A stretch of DNA of 60,703 nucleotides, filler included, from Sphacelaria rigidula (lineage: Eukaryota), in the NCBI GenBank assembly GCA_964200075.2. It is 5 parts of 5 records of this genome, joined end to end, with 100 filler letters (N's around TTAATTAATTAA, not from the genome) between each part and the next. Parts side by side here need not be neighbours in the genome. Positions count along the whole stretch, not along the records: positions 1 to 12,062 come from CAXNAA020004170.1; positions 12,163 to 24,224 come from CAXNAA020004171.1; 3 more parts are not named here. One strand, 5' to 3'. The position numbers and the translations under genes were made by a program. A model generated the notes under the pieces. It searched no databases and was not told the DNA's origin. It saw nothing but the letters and a program-made list of their open reading frames with translations. This document shows positions 1 to 12,236 of this stretch, in pieces. How positions within the stretch are numbered: the first letter of the stretch is position 1; every line of letters starts with the position of its first letter.

Positions 1-870
1 GCCGATCGTAGACCAGTATACATACCTTGGGATAGAGATCTCAAGAGAATGTTCTTGGGATGCACACATAAACAAAGCAATAGAAAAGGGTAAGGCACAG
101 ATAGGCAGGATGGACGTGATCCTCAAAGGCCCGCATCTAGACACTAGGATTAAGAGATGTGTGCTGATGAACGTGATCGTACCAAAGCTGGAATATGCAG
201 GAGAAGTATAGGAAGGGAACGTGAAGTTGGTGGGAGAAGTTATAAGCAGTACAGATGGCAGCAGCTGAGAAAATACTGGATGCTCGAAAACGACGAGGAA
301 TACAGCTTTGAGAGCAAAGTTGGGAATGTGCTCACTTGAAACAAACAGAGACGTCAGGAAATTGTGATGGCAACATGGCGTGAAGAACATGCAGATAAAG
401 AACTTGCCAGCTATAGTTGATGAGGCTGCATGGAAGAAAATGACGAAAATGGAGGCGGGAATAAGGTGGGATAGAGAAGTCGAGAAAATATGGAAGATAG
501 GAGAAAACCCAGACGGGATACTGTCTATAGATGAAGACGCGAGGTACAAGGCAAAAGTACGAGATATGATAGAAATAAGGGAAAGGGAGCGCTCAGACGC
601 AGAGAAGACGAGGAAGATCACCTGGAGATGTACGGGTGGTTGAGAGAGGGGATAGGGATAAAAACATATCTGCACTTTTTAGGTCGGTCATTTCCTTTTT
701 TTTGTTGACTTTTTCATTTTTCCTTTTTTTCACGTCTTAATCTACTATGTCGTTCTGTTCGCCTTTTTTTTTGTTCATGGCCCTTTTCTTCTTCAGCGAG
801 TGCTTCAGTTTTTTTTAGTACGTCCATCTTGAGACCACGGCTGGACCCCTGGGGGGTCAGTTAAAGTGCG

Positions 871-914
<44 letters not shown>

Positions 915-1390
915 GACCCAATGAACGCGGCAAAAAAAGTGAAACTGTGATTCCGGGTGGGGGACCTGGACCTGCCAGAACGAATAAAGAGATTCACCAT
1001 TAGTCGAGAGGAAGTATATGGACAGAATTGCCCCTGTGGCAAAGGAATAGAGAACAGAAGTCATGTAGTGGCAGCGTGTGAGCTATACAAGGAGGAACGG
1101 GACGTGCTAGAAGGGGAAATGCGGAACGTGAACGAAGATTTCATGGACTCGTTCGATGCATTTGACAGTAGGGAGAAAACGATGGCTACACTAGGAGAAA
1201 GATGGTGGCCACAGACGGCGAAACAGGACGTGGATAAGATATGTACAAGGTTTTTGTGCAATGTATGGAAGAAACAGAATGAGCGCCTAACTGTTGGGGA
1301 TGTCTTTAATACGAGTAGGAACGGCGTTCCGTCTCGAAAGGGACGCGTGGTCAACGGTCAAACGAGGAAGGCAAGCAACAAATGAGTACG
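1..1390 (+). mobile_element. Degenerate non-LTR retrotransposon (LINE), 3' part of ORF2 (C-terminal to the RT core, with a Cys/His motif); subfamily A of the C-tract-targeting family
   Basis: Frameshifted peptides HLDTRIKRCVLMNVIVPKLEYAGEV and RVGDLDLPER...CPCGKGIENRSHVVAACELY. The stop codon lies in ...GCAACAAATGAGTACG, followed directly by C11. The same 3' end recurs at 26577-26642 and, inverted, at about 47308-47385. Interrupted by another repeat at about 676-913. Confidence 0.8.
676..913 (+). mobile_element. 5'-truncated retroelement 3' end (RTE-like/SINE) with (CAAT)n tail, inserted in the LINE
   Basis: T-rich body, then GAGACCACGGCTGGACCCCTGGGGGGTCAGTTAAAGTGCGA and (CAAT)~10. The same end motif occurs at about 46230-46290 and 23040-23080, and inverted at about 14825-14890. 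Confidence 0.7.
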
Positions 1391-1412
1391 CCCCCCCCCC
1401 CTTCCTCCATCG

Positions 1413-1447
1413 GTCTTATGACTATGGCATGCATGATCATGAGTACA
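1413..1447 (+). mobile_element. 35-bp 3' stub of LINE subfamily B with a 14-bp target-site duplication
   Basis: GTCTTATGACTATGGCATGCATGATCATGAGTACA flanked by CCCTTCCTCCATCG at 1399-1412 and 1448-1461. The same stub occurs at about 20717-20815 (-) and 39680-39744 (+). Confidence 0.75.
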
Positions 1448-1842
1448 CCCTTCCTCCATCGTACCATGACTCGTAGGCCGTTCAGCTTCAATCTGTAGGC
1501 CTCTCGCCTTGTTCGCAATTCCAAATATCGCAAACACAGCAAACGGATGACCCCAGCAACAAAGCATATGCACCAAACACGACACTCAACGTGCAGAACC
1601 TACTTTATCGGGTCCACCAAGGTCATGCGACAATGGTCCATACGAGAGGACAGCGTCCATTCCCTGTAGTAGTAGAAAACAGCCATTGACCCCACTCCAC
1701 TCATTCATGACCCTGACGCAATCGTAACGATAAAAATGCTTTCACTGAACGAAGGGCGGCTAGAGCCCGAACGACGGCGACACAAGAAGGACAGTGGGAC
1801 ACAAGCCATCACGGACTCGGTCGTACATAACTTCGCACGCAC

Positions 1843-4800
1843 CTGCGTGTTCGACTCGTGCTCGTGAGCTTGAAGCTGTTGAAATCAACGTTGTACTGCC
1901 AACCAGAAGCGTCGATCTGGTTGCCGACCTCCTTCGAGAAATCCACCTTCCAGTCGTCTATCCACTCCCATTGCTGTGTCATCGCAGGCCGTTCAGAAAA
2001 GCGCAGACACGGGGCACAGCTCCAGCGTCATCGACACAAGTCTGTGACTAGGACGGCCTCGAGCAACTGTAGTGTTGTCTCCAATAACTGCATTGACCTC
2101 CAACATGGCTAGAATGACTGTGTCCGGACATTTGAAATCGTGATACATTACATGGCTCATGCAAGCAAATCCTCTACTACTGAACGAGCTGCTTTCCCAC
2201 TACTGTAGCTCATACAGGGCCACCTGCGGCACACCTGCCTGCTAAACCGAACACTCGTCGAGTAGTTTCATGTCGAATAGTGTCATGACACAGGGTCACA
2301 ACATGCGTTGGGATATACGGACCGTCGTGCGGAATATATATGGCTTCTGTGAACCTTCACACGTGATAATGTTCCTCTCGCACAGAAAACACGGCACTAT
2401 GCTGCTATCAACTTGAAAATCGGCGGCGGAGGGGGATGCAATCTGTATTCTGACCGCTCGACGGCGAGAGTTGTCAGTTTATTGAAATCGAAATGATTCC
2501 GCATTTGATTCAACGGTCCTCGACCACGTGATCTAGCGACGCATTTGTTCGCAGACGGATGAATATTCGGTGGAATTTGATCCTCACATCGTTTTCCGGC
2601 AAAGCGATGGAATCTAGCGGAGTCTCTTGCGCCGACTTCGACGGGTCACCGCGAGACCAGTCCTGAAGGGCGTTTTGAAATGAGGAAATCGTGACACACA
2701 GCGAGTTGGGACGAATAAAAGCATCCGTCATGCGAAATTTCGGTTTTCGGACAGAGGAAGTAATGATCGAAACAGTTTCGAAACACTTGGGGGGAGGAAA
2801 TATGAGTAAATTTGACCTATAAAAAGTCGCCAAACCGCGTATACCAAAGAAACCGACACAACGGGATGCCTCGCATGTTGCTGAGCAAAATTACACGCGA
2901 TCTAAAAATGGCACAAGACACCCTGCAACTGGGCTTCTCACCAACTCCGCCAAAAACGAGTGATGACGTAGCTTGGGAGCAGCAATACTTCAGAGAGAAT
3001 ACGCGATGGTATATAGCTTAGGAGTGCTAGCGGCATCCTCAAGGTACAGTACTTCCGGCGAAACTCCCACAGAAAAACATACTTTTGAGGGGTAAAACAA
3101 GATATTTGAGTGCACACCTCATGGAAATACAGTCAGAACAGCCAGTGAACTTGCAAGCGCTGTCCAGAAGATTCCACGGGCATTGTGCGTACCGTGCCTG
3201 GGCCGCAACTGTACGACATTCTTCACATCGGAACAATATTTAATGACGGGAAAACGAAACAGCACGCTAGCTAAAAACGAAGAGGGCGAGAGGAACAAAT
3301 TCAACTCTACACAACACGAAATGACAACCCTGAAATTCTGGGCATACTTTGGACCAGAACTCCGGGCCATCTAGGCGCATGAACGGTGCCTTCCACTTCC
3401 TGGTGAGGATATCGAAGCGTTGGTCTTGATACACGTCCACCACAACGGGTGCAGATACCACGTACGCCGATGGTATGTGCTCAACCGGACGCTGCAGCGT
3501 TTATATAACGGACAAGAACCACGGGGGGGGCGAGGGAGCAGGGGGGTGAGGGGAGGGGGGGCTAGTAGGCATCGAACATGATATTACGACGTGAAAAACG
3601 TTCGTGCAGAAGGCAACTGCATGCTGTAGTACGATTCTGAGCACTCGGAAAGGGCAAACATTTCACATCTTAGGGGATCCTGATTGATTGCTTCCGCTCT
3701 TCGTCGATGTGTTCGGGGGTCGCAAGTGAGGAAGTATCTTCTACTCTTCTGTGCTACACACCGCGTCTCACGCGCGTCGTTTGGTCACCAGCAGGTGGTA
3801 GGTACACGAACGATCCATGGCGATCAACCGTGCACCGTGCAATAAAACACTGACTCCTCCTATGACAGGTTATGAGTGTTTGTTGTCGACTCGGGGCCAT
3901 CGCACGTGCTCTTAAGTTTCCTTGGGGTACAACTGTGGGGTACAACTGCGGGGTGCAGAAAAAAAATGACATTGCGATGACTCCCGCGTGTCGCTCACCA
4001 ACCGGTACACGAAGGTCCCAAGGCGATCCACCTCCAGAGGAGGGAGGGATGCCCTCGAATCTCGCATGTCCTTGTTCCCCCACTGGATGATCGCGGCCTT
4101 CCCACGGAGGTCGAACTCTCCAACGTTGGTGTGATGACGTGGGATACGAAAGAGCATAGGCGTTGTGTCCACAGGGCCACATCTGACCACACCCTATATG
4201 TGGAGAGCCGGGGCAAGCGAATGTGAGGGCGTGCGCGCGTAGGTTTACATATACATACATATGTGTGTGTGTGGTTTATGAGTGCGTTGCAATATATCCC
4301 CAGAGTAGAAATAGGACAGGTGTTATAGAGCATACATCGGGCTGTGTAATAGAGCATGGCAACGAAACCATGTTTTGAGATTTGCACACGGGGCCATACG
4401 TTTTGTCTCTGGGCGATTGAATCATGCTCTTCGATCACGCAGCGATCCATCGCTTCAGGGGCGTTCGCAGAACAACTCGAGTGACAAAAGCGATATGTTT
4501 GTGGATACGGACTCACTGACTCATTGCAAATACGGACTCAAGAGGATTGACAGCGCTCGCGATCAAAAGTGTGGCGTGTGCATGCTGCGCCATCTATTTT
4601 CTTCACAAGTAAATGAGACGGTATCCTCGTTCTCATCAGTTTCTCTTCTACTTTTGTTCGTGAAACTCAGCACCATGTCCTGGAGTTCGACGGTTTCATG
4701 CACGCAGTCAGCTACGCAACGCAACTGCCTTCTATCGATGTCGATTATCAAGTGAAGGAGCCCCACATACTGTTTCCACGTGAAGTACGGCGGGCCTATG

Positions 4801-7800
4801 CTCCAATCGAGTGCTACATAGACGTTGCGATCGTTGAGAGAGAAAATCGGCCACGGTGAATCCATTGCACAACCTCCTACTGTGCGCCAGTAAAGTCAGT
4901 GTTCCCGCGTTGAAGGCAAGGAACCATGCGCTCCGAAAGAAACTCGTGTTGTAAAACATATTATCTTACCTCTGGGTAGTCTGTCGTGCTGACCAAGAGC
5001 GGCAGCCCGGAGCGATTTTTCAAGAGAACGCTTCCTGCCGCACATGACCAATATGAGAGAACATACGACACGAAAGAATATCTAACGGTGAACACATCAT
5101 CATTGTCATCACTAGCAAAACCAACACACAACATAACAGGCATATGCTCCCTCATAGGCTTCGATGGCCACGCAAACACGCACGCCTGCTTCGTCGCCTG
5201 TCCCCAGATACTGATTGCGTGGACGGCGAATCAAAGCAGACGTTCGGATCGTAACTCACGATTGCAGCGTAGTGCCTACCGCAATTCTAACTAATCCTCA
5301 GGAGGTACCTTCAACGTTCTACCCCGGCCTATTCACCTCTGGCACCTGACACTGGGGGTGCCGAGCTACAGTGAAACTGACAGATCGATGCAACACTAAA
5401 GCGCAGTACACCAGTTGAAGAGACTGCCGGAAATATGTAGCGCAAAACGCGCAACATCACAGCAAGAATGTACCCGCAATTAGTACTAGTGCTACTCAAA
5501 CGACTGGGACATTGCTGGTTGCACGTTTAGGGCGACTGTGTACAACTACCAACACGATGTGAATACCAACAGATCGGTTAGTTGGTGGATTGTGTGATCC
5601 CGCAGTGACCTAGCCGTGGTCACAACATGGACGTACCCAAGAGTTGAAAGCGGAAAGGGAAACACCGGCCGAAAAAGGCGAAGAAAGCATAAAGGTGTGA
5701 CAGACAAGCAGAGTAGACTGCAACAAAAGAAACGGAGACAAAAACACAACAGATATGACCGGCCTCTGCTACATATCTTGGGGTGGGAAAGGTCTTGCGC
5801 AAAAACATATGCACTCACACGCAGACAAAGGTAAAACGCCGTGGGAATAGATTGACACTCATCCACTTTCGCCACACGTTTTTGGGTACGAGCTCTAACC
5901 CATGAACGCTACGGGAGTGAGGCACAAAATGTGACATACATACATCGGGAGGAAACAAAGAGAGAGAGAAAAAAAGAGATGGGGAGAGAGAAAACAGAAA
6001 GGGAAACTGGGGGAGTGATGAAGCCCAAGGACACAGTACAGTAGAGCAAGTACAAAATCAACCAGGAAAAACCACAAGACCACGGACCAAGGACAAAATC
6101 AACAACCGATAGAATAAGACAGGGGTACATCGGTGTTCGAGCGAGAAACCCAGCTTCCCCGCTAATGCTTAGTCGGGGGTACGAAACGGGGCATTCTCTC
6201 GGCCATTTCAATCCTGGATTCCTCGCGAGCTGCTGGTGTTGTTGCGTAAGCGATGGCAGCTCTCCGATTGGCGCGTCTCGACGCAGCAGCCTCTCGCTGT
6301 GGCGAAGGTCCGACTCAAGTTTGTCGTCGCGTCACCACGTCTCTCCTCGAAGCCTTTTACCCCTTTTTCGACTCCAAGGTGCAACTCGCCCCTGTTCTTC
6401 GCCGTACTGGCCCAATCGTGTGCGTCTTTAAGTTTCACATCGTAGATGTACTACTGTATCCCCATCGTTCTCCTCTGCTTGGAAGAACCCCTAGCGGACG
6501 TAGGTTCTCTGGGAGGTTGTCCCCCCAGTGTTTGGGGGAGCGGGCAGCCTCCTCGGGCCCTTGTGCAGCTAACCGTCCGTGCATGATGCGTTTCGCAAGA
6601 CCTTCCTTCCGGACAAGGACCCCCGCGTCAGCGTTGATGATTGCGGGCGATCGTCTCGATACGTTCACAGTTGGTCACCTCGAGCATATCGATGTACGAA
6701 AGAGTCTTGAAGCCCGTTCCGTTTCCCCTGCGGAACCCGACGAGCTTGTGGTGGACAGCGCACAGATTCTCGACCTTCTCGGAACGCAGCGTTCATGCAT
6801 TAATAGCTCACCTGTACAGCATACGTTCCACCACCCCGCCTCAAGCAGGCGGCTTTTCAGAGAGAGCTGGACACTGGGTCGATCGTAGAGTTGGGAACCA
6901 TACTTCCGGAGGGCGTGCCCACGCAGCGCTGATGCGCCGGTTAATTCCGATGGAATTAGTTGTGTTTGCGCTGACATCACCAGCAACATAGACAAAGTTG
7001 TCACGCTAATTATACCGTTGACAGGCCACACTGTCGTGGAGGGTGGTCTCTGAGGAGCTAGGTATCGACCACAGGCGCGTGGACTCTCTCGGACTCTCCG
7101 ATACCGTCAGTCCGGGCTCCTGACGGGCCACCACTACCACGGCCATCATTCTAGCAAGGCCATCTCGGGACCTCGCGACTATGACTGCGTTATACCCATG
7201 TTGCATGGCCTACACCGCGCGCCGCACCTTCCTCCAGGGGCGTTTCTTCCAGAGGTTCACCATCGTCATCTTTCGGTGCATCATCTTAAAATACGAAGTG
7301 TGAGACGATGGCTGGGTCTACCGCGAACCGCTTTGTAATCACATCGACAAGGGCTGCACCAAAGATGTTCAACGACAGCGGGCACGAAATGCACCGTTGT
7401 CTTAGTCCCTGGCAGACGTGGAACCACGCTGATTGTTCGCCATCATCCCCATTCGTATGCCGTGGTGAAACATACGGATTGCCGACTACTGCCGAGATAG
7501 CCTCCCCACAAAAAGTGCACCGGAGACCGTCTGACAAACCGGCTGCGATCCCACTATCGGGCTTGTTTGCAGCAATTCCGCCCACATACGAAGCGCGTGA
7601 CAGTCCGAAATCAGCTAAAACGTACAAATGAGTCACGTCGCGCAGCACAAAACCAGCACTTACGGCATTAATGATCATCGCCTTCGTGAACGCTTTTGGC
7701 CGGTTCGGGGGGGGGCTATCTCGGCAGCAGTCTGCCGTGAGTTATCCGCAGCGGGACTCCGAACGGGACAAGCACTTCCCACAGGAGCGTACGGCGTACG

Positions 7801-10800
7801 AAATCGTAGGACTTCTGTAAGGTATGAAAAACATACTTAGCGGGACACTAGTCGCCCGTCCTAACTCCTGCAGTCGGCGTACCACAAACATCATGTCGGT
7901 GGTCGATCCTGGGCACAGGAACCCGCACTGCTCATTCGGGAAGGCCTTGCCTCCTAGGAGGAACTACCGAGCCTTCGGCTTCGATTTTGAGGAGAATCTT
8001 CCCAGCATGTGCCACGAGTGAGATGGCCCTGCAGCTCCCCCACTCGGTCCTCTCCTTCTTCCGTGGCACTTCGACAGTGGCATAGTTTCAATCCTGCGGC
8101 ACTCCGCCAGATATCCAAACCGCAGCGATGATGCTGTCGAAATGGTACAAATTTTGCAGAGGTTCCCCGATCAGTCCAGGCTTTCAGGCGGTCAGCAAGT
8201 AAACCGTCCGGACTCGTCGCTCTGCTATTCGTCATACCTCTCAGAGTCTCCTTAGCTTTCAGTTGGGGCGGCGGGTCTCCAGGTGACAACGCTTTCAGTC
8301 GTTGCGCAATGCTCTCGATGACGACTCGGTCACTTTTTGACGATACGACATTCAGCAAGGTGGAGAGGTGCCGTTCCCATCTCTCACCGACGGGTCTTTT
8401 TCCTTCGCAGCCGCCTCCCGTCGTCGTCTCTGATATATTGCTCACTCTCTACATTTTGTTCCGCCAGACTCCACCTTCCTTTTAGGTGTCTGTGCCATCC
8501 TCTCATGCCCCCAATTCAAATGCGCTCCTCCAACTCTCTAGCACCTATCCATGCAGGTACCTGTCCACCCCAGCGTGGATCACATCGTTGACCTTCCTGT
8601 ACGCTGCTGTAATGTGCGTCATGCGGGTTAATTTCTCGAAATCAAGACAAGCACCGAATATCACGCTACCACCATCACAATCACTACCGCTCCTCACAAA
8701 CTGATCACTACTACACAACGCTAGTTTCTACTGCCGTGATGGCAATGCATTACTCGTCGTACAAGAGGCTCGTGTACTTTACCTTCCGGGACACCCTTGA
8801 TAGGCATCGATTTCGCCGCCCAGTGCAGCCTTCGGAGGTCGTCCACCATATCGGGCGATGCGCTTGATGACAGGTCCGGTCCTATTGTCATGATCGAGTA
8901 TACCGTCAGCAAAATGGTGATTCTATTTCGCTGGGAATTTGTACGAACCGAGAAGGTTTGCGATATTTCGAGACGTTGTTTGAAAGGTTTTTTTCTCATA
9001 TCTTCCATAGGTCACAAGTGCGAAAATACCTCAAGCAACTCAGGTATATGTGTTTTGCACCCGTAGGGTGGGGCCAGCGTACCTTCAAGTCGTACCGTTT
9101 ATATACTCATGTCGGGTATCAAAGTGAACCAGTAGACCCCACGATATCGTATGGTCACATACGACCAACCATCGACACGAGCGTATCACGTATCCGTAGG
9201 GCTCCTCGGGCAAGCTAACCACTTTAAAGAAGGTAACCTGAAGAAGGGAACTACCACGAGTGTCTGTTGAGGGCTCATCGTGTTGTTTACAATAGACAGT
9301 ATCGGGAAGGCGTGTGTTTCTGCCAACGTATCGTTTGTAGGCGTAAATATCTAGCTGGTCAGACCGTTACTGGAATCCATTTCGTGTACCCACCTCGATC
9401 AGTTTCCCTGGTGTGGTGTGGACAACAACCGGTATCCGGTATTATCCAGCTGGTGAAATATTCACGCTCACAACAGTTTCGCCGACAGAAAAAATCGGGT
9501 TGTCGAAACTGCCCATTGGCGACACGGGTGATATAACTGCGCTCATTTACCTACCACGGGGCTGCGGGTTCGAATCTCGACCCGATCACTGCAACAAATG
9601 CAAAACTTCACCGCAGTCACGCAGGCAGCTAACGGCCGCAAAAATAGTGGAAGATCCAACATTGTTTTTGCCACAACGCACGAACAAATCTTCAGCGGCG
9701 ATTGTTGGCTTGGGCACTCAACACTCATGAAAAGATGTGTGAAAACAAAAGCGAAAAGGATTACCTCTACTTTACAAATATTTCGTCCTTCACAAAACCG
9801 GTACGGAGAAGCTCACAGAAGGGGAAGGGGGGGAACGAGTACTACTGCATAGAAAGGGTAAACTACCACAAACGCCTTTTGAGGACCCATGTACCTTTAC
9901 ACAAGGACAAGAGGAACGGCGTGACAGTACGCTACAAAACACCGAGGATACTGTACATGCGGAGCCAAGAACGTTTCGCTATGTTGCTGATCCCTATTAC
10001 ATCGAAATATCAATTAAAATGGCCTTTCTTCAGATGAGCCGCTGAGTTTTATTCGTAGGCGACAACACCAATCGTACAATCGTCGATGACTTCTGATCTG
10101 ATACAGCACTTTCACGTATGGATGTGGAGCATACACCATGTATGAGTAGAGTGAACACCTGTAGACACATGTACACCGGAGACGAACATGTAACGAAAAG
10201 CTGTTCCGCCAGTAATACAAGCGAGTGGCTCCGAGGCACTCACATCTGCTACAGATGGCTCTAGGGTACCCCGGGAACCGGTAGGGCCAGTATCAACAGC
10301 CCAAGATGTTCTTGAGTGTACCCGACGTAGTTGTCGTCGTGCGCGACCCAGACTGACCGTTACCCCGAGGCTGTTTGATGCGATGGATACAATGTGACAG
10401 GACTCGACCCCATTGCTTCCGATTCTCGTCAAGCATAGGGGCACACGTCATAATGCAGTGCCGGTCACGTGGTCGCCCTTCATGTTTTGAGGTATGCACA
10501 AGTACTGTAAGAAGCACGGGGACGGCTCACCTTCCACCCTCGACCTGGAGAACATCCAGTATGTAGAGAAGACCGACTCCAGGAAGTCTGAAGTCAAGTT
10601 CATCAACATCACCTGCGAGAGAGAGCATTGCCGGCAACGAACGAGGTGAATGGAACGCAAAAAAAGCGCACCACCGACGAAACAGCATAGTATCATGATC
10701 CACATCAACACAAATCCTACTCCGTACACAACGGAGCAAGCAAGCTGTCGACGTTGCGTGTACTGTACGCCAGTAATTTCATCAACACTTTATGTGCTCT

Positions 10801-11225
10801 TGAAGACGCTGACATCGCTAGTAAAACACTCACGTATGTGAACAATCGACCGAAACCAAGCCAACAAAACAAAAAAACGAGCGAGGACAGGGACAACTAT
10901 AGTGCAAAAAACAAAAACACCAACACACCCGACAAAATCACGAACACCCGCAACATCAACACACACAACTTTCAAAGCAGACGCAAAAAGGGCATAGGAA
11001 AGCACACATGACAAAAGCGTTTTCTCTCACCTGGTCGCAAGTTAGCATGATGCGCACCGTCGTCTCCCCCCTTACGCCCACCCCGAAGGAGGCCTTAACA
11101 ATGGGTTGCCATGGCTCGAGCACGGGCTCCCAGCGCACAACCTTCATGTTGAAGAACGACATCTCGATTATCCCCGAGAGTTCCATAGAAAAATCTTCCG
11201 AGGAGCCGTTGCCTTCAGCCCTTGA
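1843..11225 (-). CDS. VPS13: VPS13-family bridge-like lipid-transfer protein with DysF/peroxin domain, internal fragment. Exons 11225-11031, 10612-10531, 8881-8783, 5034-4970, 4193-3999, 3491-3348, 2662-2588, 1973-1843
   Basis: Eight exons with AG/GT boundaries and consistent phases give one open frame of about 328 aa. VPS13-type motifs: MSFFNMKVVRWEPVLEPW, MNLTSDFLE, LLKNRSGLPL, LEVDRLGTF. DysF motifs: VYQDQRFDILTRKW and WEWIDDWKVDF...DASGWQYNVDF. Both gene ends lie outside the contig. Confidence 0.85.
5570..8700 (-). mobile_element. Degenerate RTE-like LINE (RT and C-terminal region plus 3' UTR) in a VPS13 intron
   Basis: Fragmented RT motifs: RWERHLSTLLN, ATSPDGL, EQCGFL.PGSTTDMMFVVRRLQELGR (about 7860-7935), WFHVCQGLRQ.C..CPLSLNIF. 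RTE-type C-terminus LAKRIMHGRL...PKHW.DNL.ENL. 3' UTR contains GACCACGGCTAGG. Many frameshifts; boundaries approximate. Confidence 0.8.
9526..9740 (+). mobile_element. Probable tRNA-derived SINE (second family), degenerate
   Basis: B-box GGGTTCGAATCTC at about 9566-9578 after a degenerate tRNA-like head. No closed acceptor stem. Confidence 0.35.
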
Positions 11226-11879
11226 CTGCGTTACAAGTGGACCCACGTGCGTTCATTGTGATTACCATTTGAAGCACAAGGAAGTGTCTACGAGAGAGTA
11301 GTGATGCTCCCAGTTGCATGCACGTGTACTCGTCCGTTTACATTCAGAAGTGAAGCGTAGGTAAGCGGGTATCGTATTGGCGCTTGGATGCACACCTATC
11401 GCTTTTTGATTCTACAGCAGGTGGCGCATATACAGGGTTAGCTGTGTGCTGTTGAGTGAAAGCTGCCGCCTTCTTCCATGGCTTGCATGTGCCAAACCCA
11501 CCGCACTTGAGTTCACGAAAGAAAGGCAAGCGTGCATGAGTGTTGCAAACATTTTGCAGGTACCAGCGCAATACTATTAGCAACCGTTGAGCGCTGCAAA
11601 AGTTGTCAACATTCCTTCATCACCTGCCGAAAACGTGGAAAGCTCGGTGAGTCGGGTTCGGGTTGGTGCTTCACATTGAATTATTTTCCTTTAATTAAGC
11701 AAGGACAGGGATGAGTGCAGCTCTGAGTTGGTGTACCTTTTCACAAAGTCGTGGATCGTTAATACCATAGACTTTGGATATCGACAATTGCGTTGAGATC
11801 GAAACTGGCTCATCGTCAAGTTGCGGTCGACTGTGAAGAGAACCATGGTATTACGTAGGCCGAAAAAGGCAAAGCACAC

Positions 11880-12062
11880 TGTTTACTTTATTATTACTTT
11901 TTTATTGTCACGACTTAGTCTGCTATGTCGCTTTGCTCGACCCTTCCCTCTTCTTCTTTTTTCTTCTGCTCCTTTTTTTTTTTTTTTTCTCAAAAAGTGT
12001 TTCAATTTTTTTTAAATTAAAAACAAAAAAAAAAAAAACTAAACAACAATAACAACAAAAAA
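11880..12062 (+). repeat. Retroelement 3'-UTR fragment at contig end
   Basis: TTGTCACGACTTAGTCTG.TATGTCG is shared with about 46086-46125, and a similar motif lies at about 730-760. Confidence 0.5.
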
Positions 12063-12162
12063 NNNNNNNNNNNNNNNNNNNNNNNNNNNNNNNNNNNNNN
12101 NNNNNNTTAATTAATTAANNNNNNNNNNNNNNNNNNNNNNNNNNNNNNNNNNNNNNNNNNNN
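12063..12162. other. Artificial contig-joining spacer
   Basis: N44 + TTAATTAATTAA (stop codons in all six frames) + N44. Confidence 0.97.
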
Positions 12163-12236
12163 ATGAGTCACTTAAAGCTAATGATCAAAGCCACTCTCAA
12201 TCGTATCATCTACTCTCAATCTCACGAAAACACTGT
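12163..12236. repeat. Terminus of a repeat family found at three contig starts
   Basis: CACTCTCAATCGTATCATCTACTCTCAATCTCACGAAAA(C/T)ACTGTT recurs almost identically at about 36500-36545 and 48668-48713. Confidence 0.85.

Noticed and set aside
10244-10352. Extra VPS13 exon
   Set aside because: Its splice phases (2 and 0) are incompatible with the flanking phase-1 junction, which joins cleanly without it.
12107-12118. TTAATTAATTAA palindrome recurring every ~12.16 kb
   Set aside because: It is centred in identical N-runs and is a synthetic six-frame-stop linker, not a biological periodic element.
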